A stretch of 63,668 bases of DNA, taken from positions 141,624,736 to 141,688,403 of the forward strand of contig NC_068981.1 of the NCBI RefSeq assembly GCF_001194135.2. Reading direction: 5' to 3'. The translations under genes were made by a program, and so were the position numbers. The notes beneath the pieces were generated by a model. The model ran no database searches, was not told the DNA's origin, and was given only the letters and a program-made list of their open reading frames with translations. Shown piece by piece: positions 11,617-23,520 of this stretch (within the stretch, counting starts at the first letter, position 1; every line of letters begins with the position of its first letter). This DNA comes from Octopus bimaculoides (lineage: Eukaryota).

Positions 11617-11997
11617 TTGGGTAACCTCATAAATAATGCGGTATTTTCAATTGCATGTACAAAAAGTCGGAGTGGGGACATGATAATCTACTTGCATCAA
11701 CTTGCTGAATAAGCAAGTAGTAATTTTACCTTGTACTTTTACCTAGCAGTCTTCGAAATAATTTGGACGGAAAAAAATATGAATTCTGTAGACGAGTTCA
11801 GAACAGTACTAGAGGAGCATTTTTTGTCATGGACTGGTAAATTTTGGAACAGTGACCTTGCAAATCTATAAGATAGACGGACAAGCATTGTAGAAAATGA
11901 ATGAGAGTATATCATAGATAAAAAAAAAACTTTGTTTATCTTAAACTAGAAAATTAAAAGGAGTATAAAAAACTGCATTATTTATGAGATGACCCAA
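11617..11997 (+). mobile_element. Internally deleted mariner (family B), TIRs plus TA TSD, C-terminal remnant only
   Basis: TA|TTGGGTAACCTCATAAATAATGCGGTA ... AACTGCATTATTTATGAGATGACCCAA|TA. The interior encodes SLRNNLDGKK...DEFRTVLEEHFLSWTGKFWNSDLANL*DRRTSIVENE*EYIID. Confidence 0.85.
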
Positions 11998-12183
11998 TAT
12001 GTGTGTATGTATGTCATATATAATATAGCATATACATATAAATATATATGTATGATTTATATATTAGTGTATGCACACTCACACACAACACACACATGTA
12101 TGTATGTATATATGTATGTATATATGTATANNNNNNNNNNNNNNNNNNNNNNNNNNNNNNNNNNNNNNNNNNNNNNNNNNNNN

Positions 12184-12220
<37 letters not shown>

Positions 12221-12656
12221 TTATTCTAATACCCAACAGACGTTTACAATTTTGTAGTTTCCCAACCAAATTGTAATTGAACCGTTCATACTGTTTAATG
12301 AGATCTCTCGACCAAAAAAGAGAAAAAATGAATTGAAGTATGAAAGTTTAATTGACCTTTTGCCCAATCATAATGCTAGTAATCATTACAATCTCTACAT
12401 TAATGACAGTAACATGCATCACTGAAATCTCAGTTAATATATTCCCTCTATTCGTCTTTTAGCCTAGGTTATGTAGTGAGTTTACTTCCTATAATAACGA
12501 GACGTGCATTTAAAGTATATTAATGGCTCTAATTTACATTGGCTTATATAATTATCTTTCTGATTTTAGAGAATCATATGACGCTGTTAGCACGATGTGT
12601 AGGAGATAAGTATATGTTAGTGTATTTAATGCATGAGAAAACAAAAAAATAAAAGA

Positions 12657-12701
<45 letters not shown>

Positions 12702-13154
12702 GATGATAATAATAATATTGATAATAACTGATGAAAAATAAAATATTTGTGAGCAAATATATTATTTCAGTTCATGATTGATACTTTTTCTATTTGTATT
12801 CTGCAAGTGCTGGAGATAACTTTAAACAAGTCTCTGTCTTAATTATCCGTTTTCAATACAGTGCTGTATACTTTCGTTTATAGTGTTAAGTGTGCCAAGC
12901 AAAGTAAAATCACGAATCGAGATCTTACATAATTGCTCTTAAACTGAACCAAATACTAATAATTGACAAATATGCTTTTATATCGTATATTTACGCATTC
13001 GCACTGATATCCACTCATATGTGCACATGCACACCTACATAAATATATATACATATACACACGCACACATGCATACAAATATACATGCATGCATGTATGG
13101 ACACATAAATACATACATACGTACGTACGTACGTACATACATACATACATACAT

Positions 13155-13920
13155 ATGAACAGAGCCGTAAACCTGGTTACGGCTTTTCCAAAGCATATAG
13201 AGTTGGAGTTTGTTCTGGATAAATGTTTCTACATGGTTGTGAAAAGAGGGAAACGTTTACAGCGGACTAGCAGCACCACTATCAATGACTTAACTGTTTC
13301 TCCTATATTTGTTGAGGAATGTTACAGGTACCTAGGGGTAGATGAAAACCTATCTTACAAGACACGTGTCACTAAGGAATATTACAACCGGATAATAAAA
13401 ATATATATCTCAGAACTCTCTGCATTCAATAAAAACAGTGACACGCAATGTGTTTGCAGTATCAGTAATCATGCCAGCATGCAGGCCACTTTATTGAACG
13501 CCTGATGAAATCTGTGCCATTGAAGATACTGACTGGCTTACATAATTTTCATATCAACAGTGACGTAGGCCGCGTCTACCTAAAACCACCACTACCCAAA
13601 TCATGGAGACAGGGACTTAACATCAATCCACACTGACTTTGAATGTTAATATCTACACACACGAGGCAGATAACATCATGGAGTAGGAAAGCCGCTCCTC
13701 GAGCAACAATCGTTGTTTGAGAACATACCTAAAGACGTCTACTGCAACTTTTCATCAAATGAAAGGATGTACGTATACCAGCAGAAGACTATGTATTCAA
13801 TAGTAGCAGAAAGTTCCGGGACGATAGTAACACTGGTTCTCAAAGCAGTCCATCATGGACCATGAACCGCATTACCAACACTCACTTTCAAGGGCAGGCG
13901 TTTGTAATCCGCTGAACTAT
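13155..13920 (+). mobile_element. R4/Dong-type RT thumb-region fragment, decayed
   Basis: LEFVLDKCFYMVVKRGK...YRYLGVDEN...KEYYNRIIKIYISELSAFNK, followed by HINSDV..VYL- and THFQGQAFVI-like remnants. Confidence 0.7.
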
Positions 13921-14824
13921 TGAGAAGTTTCCAGTTACTCTACCTGGATTACAAGTTGAGGTTTATACCTATAATTAATGGGGCGCCAATATTGAGAAGT
14001 TAAGCTTCTCAAAACCAGAAAGGAGAAAGCTTATTCGAAGACTACAGATCCATAAAATGCTGGAGCATAAAATGCCTGTACAATTGTCCGGAAGTTTACC
14101 ATTTCAGTATATATGTCTATTTCTAGACATGCAACTATATGCTTGAGAAAACACATATAAAACAAAGCATTCAAATCTGCGCATTTATACGTACACACTT
14201 TCAAAAATACCCTGTTAATATTCCTGAAATTGCAATGAAAGAGCCTTGTATCTGAGATAGAAATTGGCTCTTTCTCTATCGGCAAGAAATCTTGAAATAA
14301 AATCTTGAAATAAAATTGTATAATGACATACATACTTATACAGTGATTACCCCATCTTCCCACATGATTGCCGTCTTTTTGCGCTTCCTCGCTGTGAATA
14401 ACCTTTCTGGCCCTTCGTCCACGCTCCTTCAGAAGACTATAGAGATATGCAAATATGCAGACTCTGAGGTATAGATGATAGGCGAAAGTTATAATTTACT
14501 GTGCGCTTCTAACTGGATAGTTTTGCACACGTCACTACTTCTTCCTTACCATAGGACTTCCAGTAGTTGTAGGATTTTTAGGAATTATAAATGATTCACC
14601 ATAATTAATCAGTTGTACGTAATTGGATAATAGTGATAAAATTTTCTACAACATGAGCACCACTCTCTGAATCTCCATCATTAGTATCGAGTGACAGACC
14701 GATGCGAGCTGACAGATAATCACGTGAAACCACAAGTTGTGCATCAATGTCCGAAACTTAGAACGATGATGTTACATCAGCTACGATTCCTTCACTTCTT
14801 GCAAAAAGATAAAGATAACGCTTT

Positions 14825-15063
14825 TGAGCCATGCCGACTCACAAGGGCCGGTTTTCCAGTTTCATGGCGTATACATTCCGCACCTGGACAGGACGCTAGT
14901 CTGTCGAATGAATACTCATTTTTGCCAGCCAGCTGAGGGGACTAGAGTAACGTGAAATGAAGTGTTTTCCTCAAGAACACAACGCGTCACTCGGGGCAGG
15001 AATCGAAACCACAATCTTACAATCATGAGTCTAATATACTGACCAGTAATCAACGCCCTTCCA
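14825..15063 (-). mobile_element. Full-length tRNA-derived SINE family B (tail type 1)
   Basis: Minus strand: A-box-like TGGTCAGTATATTAG, B-box GGTTTCGATTCC, core GTGTTCTTGAGGAAAACACTTCATTTCACGTTACTCTAGTCCCCTCAGCTG, then tail GCGTCCTGTCCAGG...CATGAAACTGGAAAACCGGCCC. Confidence 0.8.
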
Positions 15064-15344
15064 CTCACTCCAGATAATATTACTACGCTGCTCAACACTG
15101 ACCAAGTGTACATATGAGTACATACATACAATCCATACGTGCATATATTTTACTTGAAATATTGAAATCTGTTAAGTAGAAATCAAATGCATAATCCGTT
15201 GTATCATTAGTAGCAACCATTTTGTAAATGAAGCTGCTAAGAGCAGTAAGTTCAATATGGTCGTATATAAGAGCTAGATGAATAAAATGAAGTTACAATA
15301 TTTTGTCTCGAAATTATTCTCTATAGCAGTGACAAGATATATAA

Positions 15345-15460
15345 TTGTGTGATTCTATAAATAATGGGGTTCCTTTAACTTCATTAACTAAAATCGGAAG
15401 GGGATGGGATAAACTACCTGCATCAGCTTGTTATAAAAGCAGGTAGTAATTTGACCTTTT
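15345..15460 (+). mobile_element. Orphan 5' end of mariner family B
   Basis: ATAAATAATGGGG...AACTAAAATCGGAAG...CTACCTGCATCAGCTTG..ATAAAAGCAGGTAGTAATTT aligns with 11617-11730 and the reverse complement of 36790-36910. Confidence 0.6.
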
Positions 15461-15464
15461 TGTT

Positions 15465-16232
15465 TTGTACTGAGGATTGTTTTGTGCTGAGAAGTCTGTT
15501 GTGCTGCTTTGCAGCAGTTTTCTTTTTGTGTGTAGCGCCATCTTTATTTAGTGGCCTATGACGAATGAGTGAAATGAAGAGCTATGCGGCAGCAACGGGA
15601 AGTCAGTGTTCTGTCGTCCCGGGTATGCTGAAACAGAATGAACTGCATTGTGATTTAGACCTACTCCGGAAATATCAATATATGCTAAAGAGGGAGAGGT
15701 CGAAGAAAAAGTTGACACTACCAGAGGAAGACAAAGTGAAGATGGAAAGCAAAGTGATAATTTATAAAACTTTTTCAAAAAATAGTAAGAAGCTCGAGAA
15801 TGCAATGCAGGAAGAGGTGGAGGAATGTCTGGAAAAATCAAAAGAAAGCATAACGTTTTCTACCAGAGGGAAAAAAATACGCTTCAGTGGTGCTCACCTT
15901 TGTCTCAGAAGAGGAGGCAAAAAGACACTCCACTAAGGTGCTACATGGGGAAGATGGACACTCCTGCCCACTTACCTGGTTAAACGAGTTATCAGAATTA
16001 GGGTGGGCAGGATCCCACGTAGAATCGATCCAGAATGGACAATAGCGGCAATTTGCACCGCAAGAGAGAGGTGAAAGTAATAATGATAAACCGAACCCAA
16101 CAAGTAAATTGGTATGGGTACGGGGTAGAGATAATTTTTATGATGAATCAAAAAGAGTACGGACATATAACAGAAACATTAGAGCTACCCAATGAGGACA
16201 AACTAGTTGTACTGTTAGAGCGGATGATCTAA
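15465..16232 (+). pseudogene. LINE ORF1 (gag-like, L1/Tx1-like) remnant, copy 1
   Basis: Across frameshifts it reads ...VIIYKTFSKNSKK...ITFSTRGKK...KRVIRIRVGRIP..IDPEW...VNWYGYGVEIIF...ELPNEDKLVVLLE. It is colinear with the minus-strand ORF at 19600-20200 that ends in a CCHC knuckle. Confidence 0.55.
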
Positions 16233-16984
16233 AGTAATTTACTTTACGTTAATCAGCATCAGATATACGTTTATAAGTATAGTTATGTATCACAAGGCCT
16301 CTTCCCACGATTCACTCCGTATATGTTAAGTCATGACATGGCACTCGTTTCAAATCGGCCCTGCCATCTGGATTGAGCACATGAAAATGATATTGTGTTT
16401 CCAATTTTGAAATCAACACTGTAAGTTTACCGATGTCAGACGAGAGAGGATGAAATTGCAGAAAAGTCATTAACAGAACAGTAGAAGAACTTTGAAACCA
16501 TTCGAAGACATTTCAAGAATTGCCAAATTATTGGGAGTTCTATCTCAACATTGAAATGAAATATTGTAATTGAAAAGGCCGTTTTGAATATCATATTATC
16601 TAAGAATTTCATCCAATAATTACTCTTTCTCAAGGTACATAAATCCAACATATCTCTCAATTACACACAGCAGTACACACATAGTTATTATAATGTATAG
16701 ATGGACAAACAAAGTGAAAATGTATGCAGAATGAAAATTAAGTGTACAAAGGGTAACAGTTGATATGGTTTTAGAACTTCTCCTTAGCCATAGATTCGTT
16801 TCCCGAAATCTCGAAAATAATATCAGTTTTCGGAAGATACGAAATCTGAAAAAAATTGATGAATATCGTATTTCAAAAACGTTTATTCAGCGTAATGCTT
16901 TATTTTGTGAAACACACACAGACACGCATATAACTGCCGCTCACTGAGAGTTTCATTATATATATATGTGTGCGTGTGTGTGTG

Positions 16985-17034
<50 letters not shown>

Positions 17035-17093
17035 TGTGTGTGTGTGTGTGTATGTGCGTGTGTTCGGGCGTGTGTTTGTGTGTGCGTTTAGAC

Positions 17094-17128
<35 letters not shown>

Positions 17129-17139
17129 GCAGACACATA

Positions 17140-17176
<37 letters not shown>

Positions 17177-17328
17177 NNNNNNNNNNNNNNNNNNNNNNNN
17201 NNNNNNNNNNNNNNNNNNNNNNNNNNNNNNNNNNNNNNNNNNNNNNNNNNNNNNNNNNNNNNNNNNNNNNNNNNNNNNNNNNNNNNNNNNNNNNNNNNNA
17301 TATATATATGTATATATGCAGACACATA

Positions 17329-17366
<38 letters not shown>

Positions 17367-18369
17367 CTGTGTGTGTGTGAGTGTGTATGTGTCTGTGAGT
17401 GTATGTGTGTTTGTGTGTGTGTTTGTGTGTGTGTGTTGACATATGTACATGTACAATTATATATAAATGCACACACACGCATACACACACATATTTTCTC
17501 ACCGCAATACACCTACAATGTATGCCCACCTACACATCTCACTACGGACCAGGCTAATTTCTAGAAAGTTCACAGGTTGCAACAACGGTCGAGTACTTTG
17601 ATTGTTTGATCAGCAATGTATCTCATACTAATTGAACACGAACCCAACGAACACCGGAAAATATAATTCATTTTCTTCATATAGTTTTATTTGTGCAGAG
17701 TTCATCTCAATCTTTTTTCTTCAAACAGTGATCTTGTATCATGAAACTGAATGGAAAGGTTATAAGATATACGTAATACGTCTGAAAATTGCTGTGCTTT
17801 TATGCGTTTGTGTATGTAGGTATGAGAACGCTTCAGCGTATTCTTAAACTTATGACCTTTCACACTAGATAGAATTTGGTTCAAAAAGAAGTAAAAGACA
17901 AACTTAGACCTGAAACTCTAGTGTCATTAATACCAGGAAACGATGTCATAACATCATTCTAATAACTTTTGTTTATCAGAGATATCAGATTTAACGGAGG
18001 CTGACCGGAAATTAAAACTACCGCAATACACTAAAGTACATTCATACACATGTAAATATACCTCGATCAATGTTTATATATGTGTGTGGATAAGGGTGTG
18101 AGATGGGGAGACAAATAATATCTATATGCACACACATATACACTCAGATATATATATATTTGATTAATTTATATCTGTATCTATCTATCTATCTATCTAT
18201 CTATCTAACTATCAATACACACACATACATATATAGATGCATGAATGCATCTATATATGTATGTTTATACTTGTGGCTGTATGTGTGTGTGTTTGCGTGT
18301 GTGTGTGAGTTGTTATGCCGTTATATACACATTTTGATATTAAATTGAAGTATTGTACCAAGATGATGT

Positions 18370-18495
18370 TTGGATTTCATTCCTTCGAGGATCTATAAGA
18401 TTCAAAGATCTACCAGTTGACAACTGGGGTTGATGTAATCGACTACTCGGCGTTCCGAAAATAAAAGGCCTTGGGTAAAATATTTGAAACCATTC
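18370..18495 (+). mobile_element. SINE family A 3' fragment
   Basis: TACCAGTTGACAACTGGGGTTGATGTAATCGACT...GGCCTTG matches the family A tail. Confidence 0.55.
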
Positions 18496-18499
18496 TTGA

Positions 18500-18660
18500 T
18501 TTCAACTTTTGTCACAAGGGCAACAATTTCGCGGGTGGAGATACGTCGAAAGCATAAGAAGCAAAGTCAACGTCGGTGGAATTTGAACTTAGAACGTAAA
18601 AACGGACGAAATGCCGCTATGCATGTTGTCCGGTGTCCTAGCGAATTTCCCGTTCGCCGT
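18500..18660 (-). mobile_element. SINE family A copy (tail-to-tail with the preceding copy)
   Basis: AAAGTCAACGTCGGTGGAATTTGAACTTAGAACGTAAAAACGGACGAAATGCCGCTA is the reverse complement of the family A B-box region. Confidence 0.65.
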
Positions 18661-18899
18661 TCTAGTTTGTGACGTGTCTTGCATTATGACGACGTATTTC
18701 GTCGTCTGCCTAACTGGCCCGTACGGCATACCTCGCTGAGTGCTTTTCATTTTATTAACCACTGTAGGCCCTACTGAGAGGGGACGAACAAGGACAAACA
18801 AAATAGCACAAGTAGGGACACAAAACATTAACCAATAAATGAAATGGATTTATATAATGGATGAAGGTGCAATGGCTATTCGAACCCCACTTACGAGCA

Positions 18900-20410
18900 G
18901 TACCATTTTAACTATATTTTTCTCTCTTTTTTATACCAACGTTTGTCAAATTAAGGTATCTTGATATATAAAATATGGTCTCAATTGCTCAAATTCTATC
19001 ACAGGTGGCAGATGATTATATTTTACCCTCCACCCTAGTGGGTTCACGACATCGCCAATGTCTGTTAATATACATTCCATACCTGGTACGCGTATATTTT
19101 CCTCCTCTACAATATTCTTAATACCGACTTTATTTTTGCAATTTTTTCGTCAATGGACCTGCTCATGCAATAGTTCGTTAGATACGCCCTGTGATTATAA
19201 TTGGTGTGTCCGCTAGTGTGTATTCATCTGGAGACACTGTACTGTCTGTGTTTACTTGTGTATACCTATCTGAAGATTCTGGTCTGTCTGTGCATGCTAG
19301 TGTATATTTAACTGGGGATTCTTGACTGTGTGGGATATTCTTGTGCGTTTGCCGTAATGTGATACACTGTGTATGCGTTTGTATGCTACTTACTTCCTTT
19401 TTTCCTTCTTTTTTTAAGTTCTTCGGGTGGTGGGAGATTTTAATGTCCTTCCCCTTTCTATTCTGTATTTCCTGGACTCCTTCATCTCTGCTTTCTACTT
19501 TTGCTTCTTCTGTATTTTCCTTTGTTTTCCCGTTTCTGTTTTTTTCTTCTTGTATCTCCTCAACTGGTACTTGGCTGTTAAGAAGGGGACAATTCGCCTT
19601 AATGTGGCTCTTGTTTCTGCAGTAGTAACATGTAGGAGGCCTCCCTCCACCACCACCCACAGCTTCACATCTGGTAACTGTATCTCTTCGTTAATTTCCT
19701 GTAGGTCCAGTGAGGTGGCCTGGATTATGATTTCCAGGCCTTATCTCCACCAGTTCAGTTATTTGGTGCGGCTTACCTGCAGCACTTCTGGGCCTTGCTT
19801 TGTTTCTATTAAGATTCCTGCAAGCAGCCACATCTCATTAATCTCAGGGGGCACCCTACCAATCCTCACTCTCGATACTCTTTTCCCGAGATATATTGGC
19901 AGCAGTGCCCATTTTCTGTTTTCATTGTTACAGTGGAGTACTTTACTCCCTCATCTACAGTGGGGAAGCGCACTTCCACAATACCAAACTTTCTTCCTCT
20001 GCAGTAAAATTCAATGTTACTTGTTATATCCTCCACGCACTTCTATCGCTTCTTCCCTAGCCACTTTCATCTTCTTGCTTGTCAGTGATAGGGTTCTATA
20101 AACCACCATTTTCTCCTTTTGATACTTGTTATATCTTCGGGAGGGATCAATTTTAATCTTGACCCCTCTCTCTGGATTAACCGCTGGCTGCTTCTTACTA
20201 TTTCAAAGTTGACTGGTACTTCCTTGACTACCAGTTGTCTCACAGTCGCTGTTACACTCCCTCGACCTGCAACTGAAGCGTAGCTCCCGACACGTGTTTA
20301 CAATTCTTCCATTGTTCACTGCAACATTCGCTCCCATTTGGGGAGAAAACAAACAACAACAAACAATATAACAATCAATCAAAAACGGTTTAACAATTCC
20401 AACAACAGGC
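18900..20410 (-). pseudogene. LINE ORF1 (gag-like) remnant with CCHC zinc knuckle, copy 2
   Basis: ORF 19178-19660 begins GRPPTCYYCRNKSHIKANC (CX2CX4HX4C). Upstream frames give KMVVYRTLS...IEFYCRGRKF...LPIYLGKRVSRVRIGRVPPEINEMWL...LNWWR*GLEIII...QLPDVKL. Confidence 0.65.
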
Positions 20411-21046
20411 AACCCCGCTAGAGAGGACCTTAAACAAAGGACAACTTATCCGCAACGATAATAATTCAACACAGCTTCTTTTCGAGGTTGCGTGGCGCGG
20501 GTACTGACCTTACATAATGTGTCTGTTCGCTATTCATCAGGTGTCCGCCGGTTTGAAACCAATATTACGTTGAATTACCCAATATATTTTAGTAAGGTAC
20601 ATGTATATTGAACTTTTATTTGGATAAGTTTCATTGTGACTTTTACGTTTCAACGTTTTCCTCTTCGTCAGCCTGTCTAACACGCAGGCACAGACTCGTG
20701 CGCGCGCACACTCGCAAACCCACACTCACACATATAGATGTGTGTGTGTGCACGCGCGTGTGTGTTATTATGCACGCACACGCCGTCACACAAATTGCTT
20801 GCGAGAAAAAAGAGAAATCCAATTCAAAGTCGACAGAAATGGGAGATGTACGTAGTACCAAAGACTGGGGTAACGCAACATGTATATTTATATATATATA
20901 TATATTTTTTCCAATGATGTCATTATTTTGTGTTAGTCTTTATTCCATGTCTTCACACTTCGTATTTTTTGTTGTTTATATTTTGTGAGGTCCTAGCCCA
21001 CATATGCATATGTATATACGTATACATGTAAGTATGTACATACACG

Positions 21047-21107
<61 letters not shown>

Positions 21108-21169
21108 TATATTATTATATGATTGAATGCCACGCATCCTTTTCTAAGTAAATTTTATCTTAATAACTC

Positions 21170-21440
21170 CGATGAGGCTCTATTCTTCCTGTTACTCTTT
21201 CGTTTTTCTCTCTTCTCCCATTATTCTATTATTTTACTCTTTCGTTTTCTCCCTTCCTTTCTCTTATTCTTTCACCTCCTCTTCACCACTATTCTATCCT
21301 TTTACTCTGTCGATTTCACTATTCCTTCTCTTATTCTTTTACCCCTTTTTTTCCCACTATTCTATCCTTATACTCTTTCGTTTTCTCACTTCCTTTCTCT
21401 TATTCTTTTATCTCCTCTTCTCACACTATTCTATCCTTCT
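21170..21440. repeat. About 67-70-bp polypyrimidine minisatellite (3-4 units)
   Basis: Recurring unit TACTCTTTCGTTTTCTC.CTTCCTTTCTCTTATTCTTT...CACTATTCTATCCT at about 21234, 21301 and 21368. Confidence 0.75.
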
Positions 21441-22159
21441 GCCAAATCGTTTTCTCTCTTCCTTTCTGTTGCCTCCCTTTCTCTCTTTTTTCTCTCTTAT
21501 CCTGTCTCCACATATTTTCGTCTCCCCTTCACTGTTCTCTCTCTGTCCCTCTCTCTCCGTGACTCTCCTCCTTTGCTCACGTGGCCCCCACGTGACCATC
21601 GGCCATTTTACTTGCCTCTCCCAACTTGTGTTTCTTTATTCCTGTTTCAGCTGCACAAGGAAGGTGTATTGTTTTCTGTCTCCTGTCCAGACTCGTTTCT
21701 TCGCGTTCGCCACCACAACCTCATTTAGGCTTAGCACCCTTCCTGTTTGTTTTCACTGTCCTGTTTTTCTCACCAATCTTGTCTCTCTTATTCAATTTGC
21801 TTTGCGGGAGCAACTATTTTATCGAAGACGTATCTTGTCGTGAATTGCTCGAAATACGGATTAGAAAAACAGCCGACAACTGACGACGAGTCGTTCTTTG
21901 TGTTGCTTGTCTTGTTTTCTATTTGTTTCTTTCGTTGCTTGCAAAAAAAGTCCTTATTCCACGTCCTCGTACTTCGTATTTATTGTTGTTTTTTGTTTCG
22001 TAACGTCCTGCGCCCGCATATGTATATGTATATACGTATACATGTTAGTATGTACGTATATATATATATATATGCATATATACATATATACATACGTATA
22101 TATATATATATACTGACATAGAAAATAAAGTTATTTTATTCCACACGGGTAATAATATA

Positions 22160-23091
22160 GGAAAATAGAAGTTGAAAATGCACTGAAAATAGTTAACCTT
22201 CTTTATTATTATATTTAGATTTAACCGGTCTCACACTTTACATAGATTTTCAAAAAAGTTGAACTAGAAACACGTGGATTATGTCGCAGCTGCTTTGTTT
22301 CTGACTAGTGTTTTAAGCTTGTCGTATTTCTATAGGGAGTTCATGGCTCACATTAGTAGATGATTTGAATAGGATTTCATTGGTAGTGGATAGTCACATG
22401 ACTGGTCTTCGAAATTGTTGTAGACTCCCCACTACTTCTGCGTGTTAGTATCAAGGGACAATGTTTGGCGCCGTAAGTTTAGGCTGACACGTTTGACTGA
22501 ACATGTCTGGTATTTATTAGTACCAGACAATCAATGCTCTGAATGTTTTCTGTGAAGTATTTGTAGAGAATGAACACGTGACTAACTTTAGAATCTTTTG
22601 TAAGTTTCCCGCCACGTCCGTGCACAGAGAATAGTTACGGACGTAGTGGGGAACGTAAAAAGGTTCTGAACTTAATCACGTGCTCATTCTCAACAAACAC
22701 TTCACAGAAAACATTCAGAGCATTGATTGTCTGGTATTGTCACAGAAAAGCTCAGTCAACCATGTCAACCTTAAATTACGACGCAAATCATTGACACTTG
22801 ATACTAACACGCGGACGTAGCGGGAAACCTACATCAATTTAAAAGACCAGTCATGTGACTATGTTCAACTAATAAAATCCAATTCAAGATATATATTGAT
22901 TTCAGACATGATCTCCCTATAAAAATAGAGCAAGCTTCAAACACTAGACAGAAGCAAGACAACTGCAACCTAAGCCCTGTTTTTCTATTTAACATTTTTA
23001 AAAATCAATGTAAACTGTGAAAGCGGTTAGATCTTTGAATATAATAATAATGTTTTTACTATTCTCACTGCATTTTCAAGTTCTATCTTTC

Positions 23092-23092
<1 letters not shown>
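22160..23092. mobile_element. About 930-bp foldback palindrome (arms about 460 bp, 15-nt spacer)
   Basis: Centre ACGTCCGT-(15 nt)-ACGGACGT. 22521-22558 vs 22699-22736 is 38/38 complementary and 22391-22409 vs 22843-22861 is 19/19. Termini are GGAAAATAGAAGTTGAAAATGCA / TGCATTTTCAAGTTCTATCTTTCC. Confidence 0.9.
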
Positions 23093-23169
<77 letters not shown>

Positions 23170-23224
23170 ACACCCATATATATACATACACTGACATACA
23201 TGCGCGCGCACACACACAAATAGC

Positions 23225-23520
23225 CTGGTTGTCTGTGGATTACAATGAATGTTCCAGTTGATATGATCAAGAGCTTTCTCGTGAAACTAACCTGAAAGTG
23301 GTTGAGTACTCTACAGACACGCGCAACCTTACCACAGTTTTCAGGGATTGAGCATAACACACCATGTGATAAGGCTGGCCCTTTCAATTAAAGGTATGCC
23401 TCACTCGTGCCAGCTGAGTGGACTGGAGTAAGGTGAAATAATGGGTCCTGATCAAGGACCGCACACGCCAGTGGGAATCGAACTAATGGCCTTACGTTTG
23501 TGAACCGACTACGCTAACCA
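23225..23520 (-). mobile_element. SINE family B (tail type 2)
   Basis: Minus strand: TGGTTAGCGTAGTCGG, AGTTCGATTCCC, core ATTTCACCTTACTCCAGTCCACTCAGCTGGCA, then a tail shared with 3118-3291. Confidence 0.75.

Noticed and set aside
14890-15063. tRNA-like A/B boxes (also at 23440-23520, 32321-32370 and 57715-57800)
   Set aside because: These are SINE heads without a complete cloverleaf, so they are not called tRNA genes.
17088-17370. Duplicated GTATATATGCAGACACATAATATAC on both sides of a gap
   Set aside because: Most likely overlapping contig ends or a collapsed tandem repeat at an assembly gap.
20635-20680. Minus-strand CTGACGA-AGAG-GAAA-ACGTT
   Set aside because: There is no stem II or stem I, and the would-be cleavage base is G.
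21123-21843. 200-220 aa hydrophobic Leu/Phe/Ser ORFs that look membrane-like
   Set aside because: This is an artefact of a polypyrimidine minisatellite that lacks stop codons on the + strand.
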